This document shows positions 19,246-29,300 of a stretch of DNA of 64,000 nucleotides, one piece after another. Within the stretch, counting starts at the first letter, position 1, and each line of letters opens with the position of its first letter. The DNA lies in NCBI GenBank assembly GCA_965221775.1, contig CBDCSU010000006.1, positions 416,001 to 480,000 of the forward strand. The letters are read 5' to 3'. The stretch comes from Candidatus Latescibacterota bacterium (GTDB lineage: Bacteria; Latescibacterota; UBA2968; UBA8231). Made by a program: the position numbers and the translations under genes. The notes beneath the pieces were generated by a model that had not been told where the DNA came from, ran no database searches, and saw only the letters and a program-made list of their open reading frames with translations.

Positions 19246-20063
19246 GCAAACGCCGGAAACTGCTGCGAGACGGGTTCTGCCTCTTCGAGCAGGTCCTCGA
19301 CGGCGACCTGCTCCAGCAGACCCGGAGGATCTCCGACGCTCTGCTCGACCGGCAGCCGCCGGAGCACTTCGAGCAGCAGAAGTCGACGGGCAGCATGATC
19401 TCCGTGTACGACGATCCCGCCTTCGCCGAGCTGGTGCGCTGCCCCGCCGCCCTCGACGCGCTGGGCCGCCTCGGCTTCCCGCGGCCGAAGTGGTGGTCGG
19501 GGTTCGTCATCAGCAAGCCGGCCCACAGCCCGCCGCTGTTCTGGCACCAGGACTGGTGGGGCTGGAACCACCCCGTCAGCTACGGAGACCCGGTGCCGCA
19601 GCAGCTCTTCCTGATGTACTACACGGTCGATACCGCCCCGGCCAACGGCTGCCTGCGCCTGATCCCCGGATCGCACCTGGAGCGCCATCGCCTGCACGAC
19701 GCGGTTCCCAACGCCCATACGAACGCCCTGCGGGAGATGGAGGATCCTCGCAGCCCGGTCTACCAGGCCGCGGAGGAAGCCGTCGACGTACCGGTGCGGG
19801 CCGGCGACCTCGTCATCGGGGACTCGCGGCTGCTGCACTCGGCCCACGCCAACGATTCCGACGAACGCCGCACCGTCATCACCTTGTGGTACTTCCCCGC
19901 CTTCGAGCAGCTTCCCGAGCCGATCCGGTCCTACATCGCCGCCCAACGGATGATCGACGCCTGGCCGGAAGAGACGCGCCGGCGCATCGCCCACCTCCTT
20001 CCCCAGTACGACGGCGGTGCCGCGCCGATCGAGTGGAACCGCGTTCCCGGTCCCGCCCTGTGA
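19242..20063 (+). CDS. Phytanoyl-CoA dioxygenase (PhyH) family Fe/2OG oxygenase
   Basis: WHQD, NGCLRLIPGSH, GD...LLHSA..N...RR. Confidence 0.9.
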   Translation: MSKRRKLLRDGFCLFEQVLDGDLLQQTRRISDALLDRQPPEHFEQQKSTGSMISVYDDPAFAELVRCPAALDALGRLGFPRPKWWSGFVISKPAHSPPLFWHQDWWGWNHPVSYGDPVPQQLFLMYYTVDTAPANGCLRLIPGSHLERHRLHDAVPNAHTNALREMEDPRSPVYQAAEEAVDVPVRAGDLVIGDSRLLHSAHANDSDERRTVITLWYFPAFEQLPEPIRSYIAAQRMIDAWPEETRRRIAHLLPQYDGGAAPIEWNRVPGPAL

Positions 20064-21133
20064 ACTCGATCCCCGAGCGCGCCCGCCGCTTTCACCGCGG
20101 CCACCCCATCGCCGACCTCCTCGGACTCAACCTCTCCCACCCCCGGTTCACCATCGCCGACATCGACCTCGGCCGGAGGGACGAGACCTCCTGCCGCGGC
20201 GACTTCCCCAAGTTCCGGGACTGGGGCCTGAAGGTGGTCATGTGCAAGGGAGGGGCCGCGCCGCCGGAGATGAACTTCACGCCGAAGTGGTTGGAGGATC
20301 CCACCTTTCGGCCCGGCCGCCCCGACAGCGAGCCGATGTACCTCAGCCTCGCCATCAACAGCCCGACCCTGCTCTGCCTCGCGGTGCTCGACCGCTTTTT
20401 GTGCAACGTCGAGGAGAACCCGGACAAGGTGATCCTGGTGCGCACCGTGGCCGACCTCGACCGCGCGCTAAGGGACCCCGAACGCATCGCCGTGCTCATG
20501 GGGGCCAACCGCAGCGACTGGTTCGGCGACAGCCCGGGGGCCCTGCGCCAGTTCGCCCGCCTCGGGCTGCGCATGGTCACCATCGGCCAGTCGACGCGCG
20601 AGTTGGGCTGGGACGTCTCGGACGAGCTGCGCTCCGGGGGCCGCATGACCGCCCTCGGGGTGCGCATGATCGAGGAGATGAACCGCCGCGGCATCCTCAT
20701 CGACCTGGCCCACACCAACGACCCCTGCGCCCTCGACGCCATCGAGGTCTCCGAGAAACCGGTGATCGACACCCACTCGGGCCCGCGCGCCCTCGAGGAG
20801 GACCCGAGTCCGCGCAGCACCTCCGACGAAGTCATGAGGGCCATGGCGGAAAAGGGGGGTCTCCTCGGCATCATGCCGCCCATCGGGCGGCCTCACGGTG
20901 ACGCTCCATACGAGTCGGTCGACGACGGAGAGATGGAGCAGACCCTGAAGCAGATCCGCTACGCCGTCGACCTGATGGGCGCCGCCCACGTCGGCATCGG
21001 CACGCACTTCAATTCCGCGGTCATGCCCTGGATCACCGAGGCGCTGCTCGAGGACGGCTTTTCCGAGGAGGACACGGCGAGCATCATGGGAGGCAACTAC
21101 CTGCGCGTGCTCCGCGAGGTGCTGCCGCCGTGA
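20060..21133 (+). CDS. Membrane dipeptidase (M19)-fold protein with atypical metal ligands
   Basis: EEMNRRGILIDLAH, PVIDTHS, GGLLGI, HVGIG, IMGGNYLRV; N-terminal HxD and bridging Glu appear absent. Confidence 0.8.
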   Translation: MNSIPERARRFHRGHPIADLLGLNLSHPRFTIADIDLGRRDETSCRGDFPKFRDWGLKVVMCKGGAAPPEMNFTPKWLEDPTFRPGRPDSEPMYLSLAINSPTLLCLAVLDRFLCNVEENPDKVILVRTVADLDRALRDPERIAVLMGANRSDWFGDSPGALRQFARLGLRMVTIGQSTRELGWDVSDELRSGGRMTALGVRMIEEMNRRGILIDLAHTNDPCALDAIEVSEKPVIDTHSGPRALEEDPSPRSTSDEVMRAMAEKGGLLGIMPPIGRPHGDAPYESVDDGEMEQTLKQIRYAVDLMGAAHVGIGTHFNSAVMPWITEALLEDGFSEEDTASIMGGNYLRVLREVLPP

Positions 21134-21861
21134 AGAAGGACTGGCGCGCCGACGAGTTCCGCTGTCTCGTGGCCCTCGGCGAGAGCACCACCGCGGGCGG
21201 CTGGAGCACCTCCCCCGAGCGCTGCTGGGTCGCCGTCCTCGGCGCCCTCATCAACGACTTCCAGAAGACCCCGGCGCGGGTGGTCAACTCCGGGATCGGC
21301 GCCAACGTCATCTCCACCCGCAGCCCCTCCTACGACGCCAGCGGCAAGCCGGCCGCCTCCGAGCGCCTGGAGAAGCACGTCCTCGCCCACGACCCCGACC
21401 TGCTGATCATCTCCTACGGCCTCAACGACGCCCGCGGCGGCACGCCGCTGCCGCAGTTCCGCGAAGACCTCGCCCTGCTGGTGAAGCGCGTACGCGAGCA
21501 GGTGGACCCGCTCATCGTGCTGCCCGGTCCCTACTTCATGACCGACTTCACCCTCGGGGGGCGGGACTGGAGCCACGCGGACCTGCCGCTCTTCCGGAGC
21601 TTCAACACCGCCACCGCCGAAGTCGCAAGGGAGCTGGGCTGTCTCTACGTCGACCTGCTCGAGGCCAGCGGCGAGGCGCCGTGGACCGTCCACCACGACG
21701 GGGTGCACCAGAACGACCTCGGCCACCGCCTGGCGGCCAACCGCATCTTCGAGGTCCTGGCGCAGCACTGCTCCTGCCTTGCGAAGAAGACCCGGGAGGC
21801 CGAGCGGCATAGCCCGAGGTGGCGGGACGAGTCGACATTGCAGTCCGACTACGGGGACTGA
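21130..21861 (+). CDS. SGNH/GDSL hydrolase
   Basis: LGESTT, NSGIG, YGLND, DGVH. Confidence 0.88.
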   Translation: MKKDWRADEFRCLVALGESTTAGGWSTSPERCWVAVLGALINDFQKTPARVVNSGIGANVISTRSPSYDASGKPAASERLEKHVLAHDPDLLIISYGLNDARGGTPLPQFREDLALLVKRVREQVDPLIVLPGPYFMTDFTLGGRDWSHADLPLFRSFNTATAEVARELGCLYVDLLEASGEAPWTVHHDGVHQNDLGHRLAANRIFEVLAQHCSCLAKKTREAERHSPRWRDESTLQSDYGD

Positions 21862-21864
21862 CCG

Positions 21865-23370
21865 ATGTACCGGATCCTCGTGGCCGAGTGCATGCAGGAG
21901 GTCTCCTCCTTCAATCCGGTGGAGACCCGGTACGAGGACTTTCGCATCCGCCGTGGGCAGGAGCTGTTCGCCCTTCACCGCGGCGTCGAGTCCTACGTGA
22001 GCGGCGCCCTCCAGGTCTTCGAGGCGCGCCCCGACGTGGAGGCGGTACCGCTTCTCGGCGCCGACGCCTGCTCCTCCGGCCTCCTGAGGCAGGACGACTT
22101 CGAGCGGCTGGCCGCGGAGTTAATCGATGTCGTGGAGCGGCACCGCCACGGCGCCGACGGTTTCTACTTCGTCCTCCACGGCGCCATGGGGGCCACCGGC
22201 GACCTCGACCCCGAGGGGTTCCTGCTGCAGGAAGTGCGTCGCCTCGTGGGGCCCGACCTCCCCCTGGTCATCTCCCTCGACCTCCACGGCATCCTCACGC
22301 GGCGCATGCTGGAGCACTGCGACGCCCTCACCCTGCTGCACACCTACCCCCACGTCGACTTCGCCGACACCGGCGCCAGGGCCGCCCGCCTGCTGCTGCG
22401 CATCCTCGACGAGGGTCTGCGCCCCGTCACCGCCCGCGTGGTGGTGCCGGCGCTGGTCCGCGGCGACGAGCTGATCACGGAGACCGGCATCTACGGCGAG
22501 TCGATCCGCCGGGCGCAGGAACTGGAGCGCTCGGGGGCGGCCCTGGCCGCGGGCATGATGATCGGCAACCCCTTCACCGACGTGCCCGAGCTGTGCTCGC
22601 AGAGCGTGGTGATCACCGACGGCGACCCGGAGGCAGCGGAACGGGAGGCGCTGGAACTGGCCCGCGGCTTCTGGCCTCACCGCGCCCGCATGCAGGCGCC
22701 GCTCGTGAAGGTGGAAGAGGCGATCGCACAGGCCCGCGGTCTCGAAGGCACGGCGATCTTCGCCGATGCCGCCGACGCCACCAGCTCCGGGGCCAGCGGC
22801 GACAGCAACTTCATCCTCGCGGCGCTGCTCGAGGCCGGGTACGAGGGCAGGGTGCTCGCCCCCCTCGTCGATCCACCAGCGGTGAGGCGCGCCTTCGAGG
22901 TCGGCGTCGGCAACCGCGGCCGCTTCTCCCTGGGCGGCACCCTCGACCCACGCTTCACCCCTCTGCAGCTCGCAGCCACCGTCACCATGCTGCGCACCGG
23001 CGACTACCACTTCGAGTCCTGGGGTACCCGCCAGGACGCCGGCGACACGGCCCTCCTCCAGGCCGGCGCCATGACCCTCGTCGTCACCTCGCGGCCGGTC
23101 TATCTCTTCGACCGCTCCCTCTTCCTCGCCCACGGCTGCGATCCGCAACTCTTCGATCTGGTGGTGGTGAAGTCCCCTCACTGCCAGGAGCGCTTCTTCA
23201 CCGCCTGGGCCGCGGCGAACTTCAATATCGACGCCCCCGGATCGACGAGCGCCAACCTGCCGAGCCTTGGGCACACCGTCTGCCGGCGGCCCATGTATCC
23301 CCTCGACGAGGATGCTCGCTTCGAGCCGCGGGCCGAGGTGTTCTCGCGCCGGGGCCGGAGACTCATGTGA
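21865..23370 (+). CDS. MlrC-like M81 metallopeptidase
   Basis: QEVSSFNP, LHGAM, SLDLHG, TYPHVD, DAAD...GASGD, VVKS. Confidence 0.9.
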   Translation: MYRILVAECMQEVSSFNPVETRYEDFRIRRGQELFALHRGVESYVSGALQVFEARPDVEAVPLLGADACSSGLLRQDDFERLAAELIDVVERHRHGADGFYFVLHGAMGATGDLDPEGFLLQEVRRLVGPDLPLVISLDLHGILTRRMLEHCDALTLLHTYPHVDFADTGARAARLLLRILDEGLRPVTARVVVPALVRGDELITETGIYGESIRRAQELERSGAALAAGMMIGNPFTDVPELCSQSVVITDGDPEAAEREALELARGFWPHRARMQAPLVKVEEAIAQARGLEGTAIFADAADATSSGASGDSNFILAALLEAGYEGRVLAPLVDPPAVRRAFEVGVGNRGRFSLGGTLDPRFTPLQLAATVTMLRTGDYHFESWGTRQDAGDTALLQAGAMTLVVTSRPVYLFDRSLFLAHGCDPQLFDLVVVKSPHCQERFFTAWAAANFNIDAPGSTSANLPSLGHTVCRRPMYPLDEDARFEPRAEVFSRRGRRLM

Positions 23371-23507
23371 AGGTCAAATACGCCGTAGGCAACCTCGCCC
23401 TGACGTTTAGGACCGGAAACAAGACATGAAGCTCAGGTGCCTCACACGTAAGCTCACACCGACGTTCGAACCCAATGCCGGGCGCCCCGCCAAGGGAGGG
23501 TGAACCC

Positions 23508-24539
23508 ATGCTGCGCGTCGCCATCGCCGGCTGCCACCGGCAGCTCCTGAGAGAACCGGGGAGCCACAACTTCGCCTCCGCCTTCTGCGACAACCCCGGG
23601 ACCGCCGTCGCCGGCGTCTTCGACTACGGCGCGGAGGAACGCGCCGGTTTCGTCGAGTGCTGGCGGGATGTGTGGGGAGAGGTGCCGGCCTTCGACGACT
23701 ACGAGCGGCTCCTCGACGAGGTCCGCCCCGACATCGTCTGCATCGCCACGCGGCAGACGATGCACGCCGACCAGATCGAGAGAGCGGTCGCCGCCGGGGC
23801 GCGCGGGATCCTGTGCGACAAGCCGCTGGTGACGAGCCTCGCCGAGCTGGACCGCGTCGCCGCCGCCTGCGAGAGCACGCCCCTCGCCTTCGCCCTCGAC
23901 CGGCGCTGGAACCCCGCCTACCACGCCCTCCGCTCCGCCCTCGCCGCTGAACCGATCGGCGAGATCACCAGCATTTCAGCCTACGGCCTCCCCAACACGA
24001 TCAACCACGGCTGTCACTGGTACGACGCCCTGCTCATGCTCCTCGGCGATCCCGAACCCGCCTGGGTCAGCGGCTTCCTCGACCCCGGCGATCCCCACGA
24101 CGAGCGCCGCCGCAGCGATCCGCCCTGCCGGGCGCAGATCGGCCTGGCTGACGGCGTCCACGCGTACGTCACCTGCGACGGGCCGAAGGGCCTCGCCTTC
24201 GAGCTCGCCGCCGAGGGCGGGCGGATCTCCGTGCACTCCGACGCCGAGGCCGCCCGCATCCACGGTGACGCATCGGAAGAGGCGATCCCCCTGCCGCCGA
24301 AGGCCGAGGGCTGGACCGCCGGCACGGGCATGGTCGCCGACCTCGTGCGGGCCGTGAAGGAGGGGGGCCGCACGGCCTGCGACGTTCCGCAGGCGAGGCG
24401 CGCCACCGAGATCGGCTTCGCCATCTGGTCCTCCTCGCAGCGGGACGGGGCGCGGGTGCAGCTGCCGGCGGACGACCGCCGCCTGCGGGTGGAGTCGTAT
24501 CCTTGGGGGAACGAGGCACCGGAGCAGCCCGGACCATGA
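23508..24539 (+). CDS. Gfo/Idh/MocA oxidoreductase
   Basis: RVAIAGC, PDIVCIAT, CDKP, HGCHWYD. Confidence 0.85.
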   Translation: MLRVAIAGCHRQLLREPGSHNFASAFCDNPGTAVAGVFDYGAEERAGFVECWRDVWGEVPAFDDYERLLDEVRPDIVCIATRQTMHADQIERAVAAGARGILCDKPLVTSLAELDRVAAACESTPLAFALDRRWNPAYHALRSALAAEPIGEITSISAYGLPNTINHGCHWYDALLMLLGDPEPAWVSGFLDPGDPHDERRRSDPPCRAQIGLADGVHAYVTCDGPKGLAFELAAEGGRISVHSDAEAARIHGDASEEAIPLPPKAEGWTAGTGMVADLVRAVKEGGRTACDVPQARRATEIGFAIWSSSQRDGARVQLPADDRRLRVESYPWGNEAPEQPGP

Positions 24540-25423
24540 CAGAGATCGCACCGCTGGATCGCGACCATCTTCCCCAGGTCCTGGAGCTCGTCAACGGTCA
24601 TCTCGGCGCCATGATGCCCGGGTGGAGCCTGACGCCCGACTACCTCTGGGGGCGCCTGCACAGGGAGCCCCAGGAAAGCGTGACCGATCCCTGGGTCGTG
24701 GAGAGAAGGTCGATTGTCGGGAGCGTCAAAGACCGCGTCTGCGCGGCGGCGCATCTCCTCCGATACGGCGAGGAGACGCCCTGGAAGGGAACCGGGTACA
24801 TCGCCTGGATCCTGTACTGGCCCGAAGAACGAGAGGCGGGGGTAGCGGTCATGACCGAGTGCCGGCGCCAGATGAAGGCCTGGCAGGTGACGGACGAGCG
24901 GGTTTCCGGTTCCCTGCCGGTTCCTACCAGCACCGGGATTCCCCATGTCTGGCCACACATAGACGGCCTGCTGGAGCAATGCGGCTATTCGGCAAACGAC
25001 GAAGTCGACGAGTCGCTCTATGCCGGCACGCTGGATGGGATCCCCGCTCCCGGGGAGCCACCGGTGGAAGGTGTGACGATCCACCGCCAGATGGGGAATT
25101 TCGACGCACGGTTCGTGGCCCGCCTCGATGGAGAGGGCATCTCGGCGTGTGAGTGTATTGCCGATCTGACCGAAGGCGGCCAGTTGCCTGCCCTGTCAGG
25201 ATGGGCCGAGCTGTCGGAGATGGGAACGCGCGAAGCGATGAGGAGCCAAGGGGTCGGCTCGTGGGTGGTCCGGCACGCCGTCGAATGGCTGCGGCTGGCC
25301 AGGTGCGACCGCATCGTGATGACTGTTGCACGTGAGGACGAGGAGGCCGGCGCCGGGAGGTTCTACAGGCGGTTCGGATGGATGCCGCTGGTCCGGCAGA
25401 GGCGGGGCTGGAAACGAGCATGA
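24536..25423 (+). CDS. GNAT family N-acetyltransferase
   Basis: C-terminal RSQGVGS (R/QxxGxG) motif and FYRRFGW. Confidence 0.75.
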   Translation: MTEIAPLDRDHLPQVLELVNGHLGAMMPGWSLTPDYLWGRLHREPQESVTDPWVVERRSIVGSVKDRVCAAAHLLRYGEETPWKGTGYIAWILYWPEEREAGVAVMTECRRQMKAWQVTDERVSGSLPVPTSTGIPHVWPHIDGLLEQCGYSANDEVDESLYAGTLDGIPAPGEPPVEGVTIHRQMGNFDARFVARLDGEGISACECIADLTEGGQLPALSGWAELSEMGTREAMRSQGVGSWVVRHAVEWLRLARCDRIVMTVAREDEEAGAGRFYRRFGWMPLVRQRRGWKRA

Positions 25424-26274
25424 GAATCGACAAGCTCAGCGACCACATCGGCGCCGAGGTCCGCGGCGTCGACATCGGCTCCCCCATCGACGGCGGCACC
25501 TTCTCCCTCCTTCGCGAGGCCTTCCACCGGCACTCGGTCCTCGTCTTCCGCGGCCAGGAGATCACCGACGAGCAGCAGGTCGCCTTCAGCGAGGGCTTCG
25601 GCCCCCTCGAGATGACGATCCCCAGCGACCCGATCGGCGACGGCGGACCCGTCGGCGTCATCAGCAACGTCGACGGCAAGGGGCACGTCATCCCCCCGGA
25701 TGACTGGCGCATGCTGTATCAGAAGGGGAACAGCCTGTGGCACTCGGACGGCTCCTTCCGCAAGGTGCCGCTGCGGGGATCCCTGCTGTCGGCGAGGGAG
25801 GTTCCGCCCACCGGCGGCGAGACCGAGTACGCCAGCCTGCGCGCGGCGTACGCGGGCTTGTCCGACGAGCGCATGGCCCTCATCGAGGACCTGGCGGCCG
25901 AGCACAGCATCGCCTGGTCGCGGCAGCAGATCGCCCCCGGGCTGATGGACGATGCCTTCCTCGATGACACGCCGCCGGCACCCCATCCGCTGGTGCGGAC
26001 CATTCCCGAGACCGGCGAGAAGGCCCTCCTCGTCGGCTCCTACGCCACCCACGTCGTCGGCTGGCCTCTGGAGAAGGGCCGCGCCCTGCTGGCGGAGCTG
26101 CTCGATTGGGCGACGCAGCCGCGCTTCGTCTACCGCCACGAGTGGCAGCGGCACGACCTGGTCATGTGGGACAACGTCGGCTGCCTGCACCGCGGCCGGC
26201 CCTGGGACGGCCGTCATCGCCGGGTCATGCACCGGACCACCCTTTCCATGGCGGGCTTGGTAGACGCACAATGA
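25420..26274 (+). CDS. TauD/TfdA family Fe/2OG dioxygenase
   Basis: IGAEVRGVD, WHSD, GGETEYA, HPLVR, WDN...HR. Confidence 0.92.
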   Translation: MRIDKLSDHIGAEVRGVDIGSPIDGGTFSLLREAFHRHSVLVFRGQEITDEQQVAFSEGFGPLEMTIPSDPIGDGGPVGVISNVDGKGHVIPPDDWRMLYQKGNSLWHSDGSFRKVPLRGSLLSAREVPPTGGETEYASLRAAYAGLSDERMALIEDLAAEHSIAWSRQQIAPGLMDDAFLDDTPPAPHPLVRTIPETGEKALLVGSYATHVVGWPLEKGRALLAELLDWATQPRFVYRHEWQRHDLVMWDNVGCLHRGRPWDGRHRRVMHRTTLSMAGLVDAQ

Positions 26275-26393
26275 CGACGAACATGGCGACCGACTGGGGG
26301 GCCATCGACTGTGCGGTCCGGAGCCTGGAACCGCCCGCACCCGAGGAGCTGGGCATCGACCCATTGTCGTTTGCAGAGATGGACTGGACTCCC

Positions 26394-29300
26394 ATGGCAC
26401 ACAACAGACGATCTCGTTGGAACTGGTCACCCTTCCCGTTTCCTGGGACACGGGCCAGGGCCATCGTTGCACGAGTGGTACCGCTGTTCCTCCTCTTCCA
26501 TCCGCATGTAGCCGATGCAGTCCCTCCCCCTCCCCCTGTCGGCAAACGCTGGGTCCTGGTGTGGAGTGATGACTTCAACGGTACCACCCTTGATGCGTCG
26601 AAGTGGAATCACAGGAGTGAGGCGTTTCGATCCGAGCGCCGGCAGAGCGGACACCGAATCAGGTGGAGATATGAGCACGACAACGTCAGCCTGAGAGACA
26701 GCTATCTGGTGTTGCGCAATACCCGCGATCCTCTGATCACTGATGGCGCTGATCTGGTCAAGGCCGCTGCGATCGATTCAAAGGGAAAGTTCGAGCAGAC
26801 GTACGGATACTTCGAGGCCAGCGTCCGGATCGCGCCTACCGCAGACGGCATGCACAGTGCCTTCTGGCTGCAGAACGACAATCGATACAGAACGGCTGCA
26901 GATGGAGGTATCGATGGACCCTCCGATGGAGCCGAAATCGACATCCTCGAGTCGGTGTACACCAGCGATCGCTATGTCTGGGCCGTGCATTGGGAAGGCA
27001 ATTCGATCCATGCCGATGAGGAGTTCGCTCCGATGCACGACGGTCAGTTTCACGTCTTCGCGGTGGCGTGGACACCGGACAGTTACACCTTTTACGCGGA
27101 CGGGCAGCGCATGGCGCAAACGTCTCAGGGCGTATCGCACAGTGATGGATACGTCATTCTGTCCACCGGCGTGAGTTGGCAACAAGGCAACGCTCGTGCC
27201 GGCACGTTTCCCAATGAGGCCCTGGTGGACTGGGTCCGGGTATACGAGCTTCAGGATATTCCTGCCGATCCGCCGCAGGAGAGTACCGTCGTGCTGGAGC
27301 CACCCGACCCGCGCGGCACTCGCGACATAGGAAGGATCACCCTGGTCAGCTCTCAGCCGGGTACGATCCAGGCCAGTTGGGAGGCCCCCAGCGAAGCACC
27401 GGCCAACTACCGCTTATCCTGGGCCAAGGCAGGCGAGGAGTTCAAGACCTGGACCGACCAGTCAGGCAACGCTTTTCCGACGGCCACATCCCATACCATC
27501 ACCGGTCTGGAGGAGGGTGAGGAGTACAAGGCGATGGTCCGCGCCTCATATAACGGCACCGCCGGCGACTGGAGCGATCAGGTGAGCATCACGGTCGCGG
27601 CTTCTCCTCCTGCCAACGACGCGCCGACGGCCGACGCCGGATCCGACCAGACCGTCCAGGAAGGCTCTGCGGTGACGCTGTCCGGAACGGCCTACGACGC
27701 CGACAACGATACTCTGACCTACCAGTGGACCCACGACCGGGATGAGTTGGACATCTCGCTGAGTGATCCGGCATCCCTCTCGACCACGTTTGCTGCGCCC
27801 CAGGTGGGCTCTGATGCCACCATCACCTTTACGCTTGCTGCCACCGACGAGCACGGCGACACGGGCTCTGATTTCGTTGCCATCACAGTGCAGGACACTT
27901 CTTCCGAGCCGCCGCAGGGGAATACTGTCGTGCTGGAGCCGCCCGACCCGCGTGACTCTCGCGACATAGGGAGGATCACGCTGGTCAGCTCCCAGCCGGG
28001 AACGATCCAGGCCCGTTGGGAGGCCCCCAGAGAAGCGCCCGCCAACTACCGCATTTCCTGGGCCAAGGCAGGCGAGGAGTTCAAGACTTGGACCGACCGA
28101 TCAGGCAACGCTTTTCCCACTGCCACATCCCAAACCATCACCGGCCTGGAGGAGGGTGAGGAGTACAAGGTGATGGTCCTCGCCTCATATAGCGGCACCG
28201 CCGGCGACTGGAGCGGTCAGGTGAGCATCACCATCGCGGCTTCTTCTGCCAACGACGCGCCGACGGCCGACGCCGGAGCCGACCAGACCGTCCAGGAAGG
28301 CTCTGCGGTGACGCTGTCCGGAACGGCCTCCGACCCCGACAACGATACTCTGACCTACCAGTGGACCCACGACCGGGACGACTTGGGCATCTCGCTTGGA
28401 GACCCGGCGGCCCTCTCGACCGCGTTTACTGCGCCCCAGGTGGGCTCTGATGCCACCATCACCTTCACGCTTACTGCCACCGACGAGCACGGCGACACGG
28501 GCGCTGATTTCGTTGCCATCACGGTGCAGGACACTTCTTCCGGCCCGCCGCAGGTGAATACTGTCGTGCTGGAGCCGCCCGACCCGCGTGGCACTCGCGA
28601 CATAGGAAGGATCACCCTGGTCAGCTTCCAGCCGGGAACGATCCAGGCCAGTTGGGAGGCCCCCAGTGAAGCGCCCGCCAACTACCGCATTTCCTGGGCC
28701 AAGGCAGGCGAGGAGTTCAAGACCTGGACCGATCGGTCAGGCAACGCTTTTCCGACGGCCACATCCCAAACCATCACCGGTCTGGAGGAGGGTGAGGAGT
28801 ACAAGGTGATGGTCCGCGCCTCATATAGCGGCACCGCCGGCGACTGGAGCAGCCAGGTAGTCATCACGGTCCCAGGGCATGCTGCCAACGACGCGCCGAC
28901 TGCCGACGCCGGAGCCGACCAGACCGTCCAGGAAGGCTCTGCGGTGACGCTGTCCGGAACGGCCTCCGACCCCGACAACGATACTCTGACCTACCAGTGG
29001 ACCCACGACCGGGATGAGCTGGACATCTCGCTGGATGACCCGGCGGCCCTCTCGACCACGTTTACTGCGCCCCAGGTGGACTCTGATACCACCATCACCC
29101 TTACGCTTACTGCCACCGACGAGCACGGCGCGACGGGCTCTGATGCCGCTGCCATCACAGTGCAGGACACTTCTTCCGACCCGCCACAGGGGAATACTGT
29201 CGTGCTGGAGCCGCCCGACCCGCGTGACTCTCGCGACATAGGGAGGATCACCCTGGTCAGCTCCCAGCCAGGAATGATCCAGGCCAGTTGGGAGGCACCC

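Noticed and set aside
23367-23507. AT-richer spacer with a coupled 20-codon ORF (VKVKYAVGNLALTFRTGNKT)
   Set aside because: Could be a gene stub but too short to assign; no structure seen.
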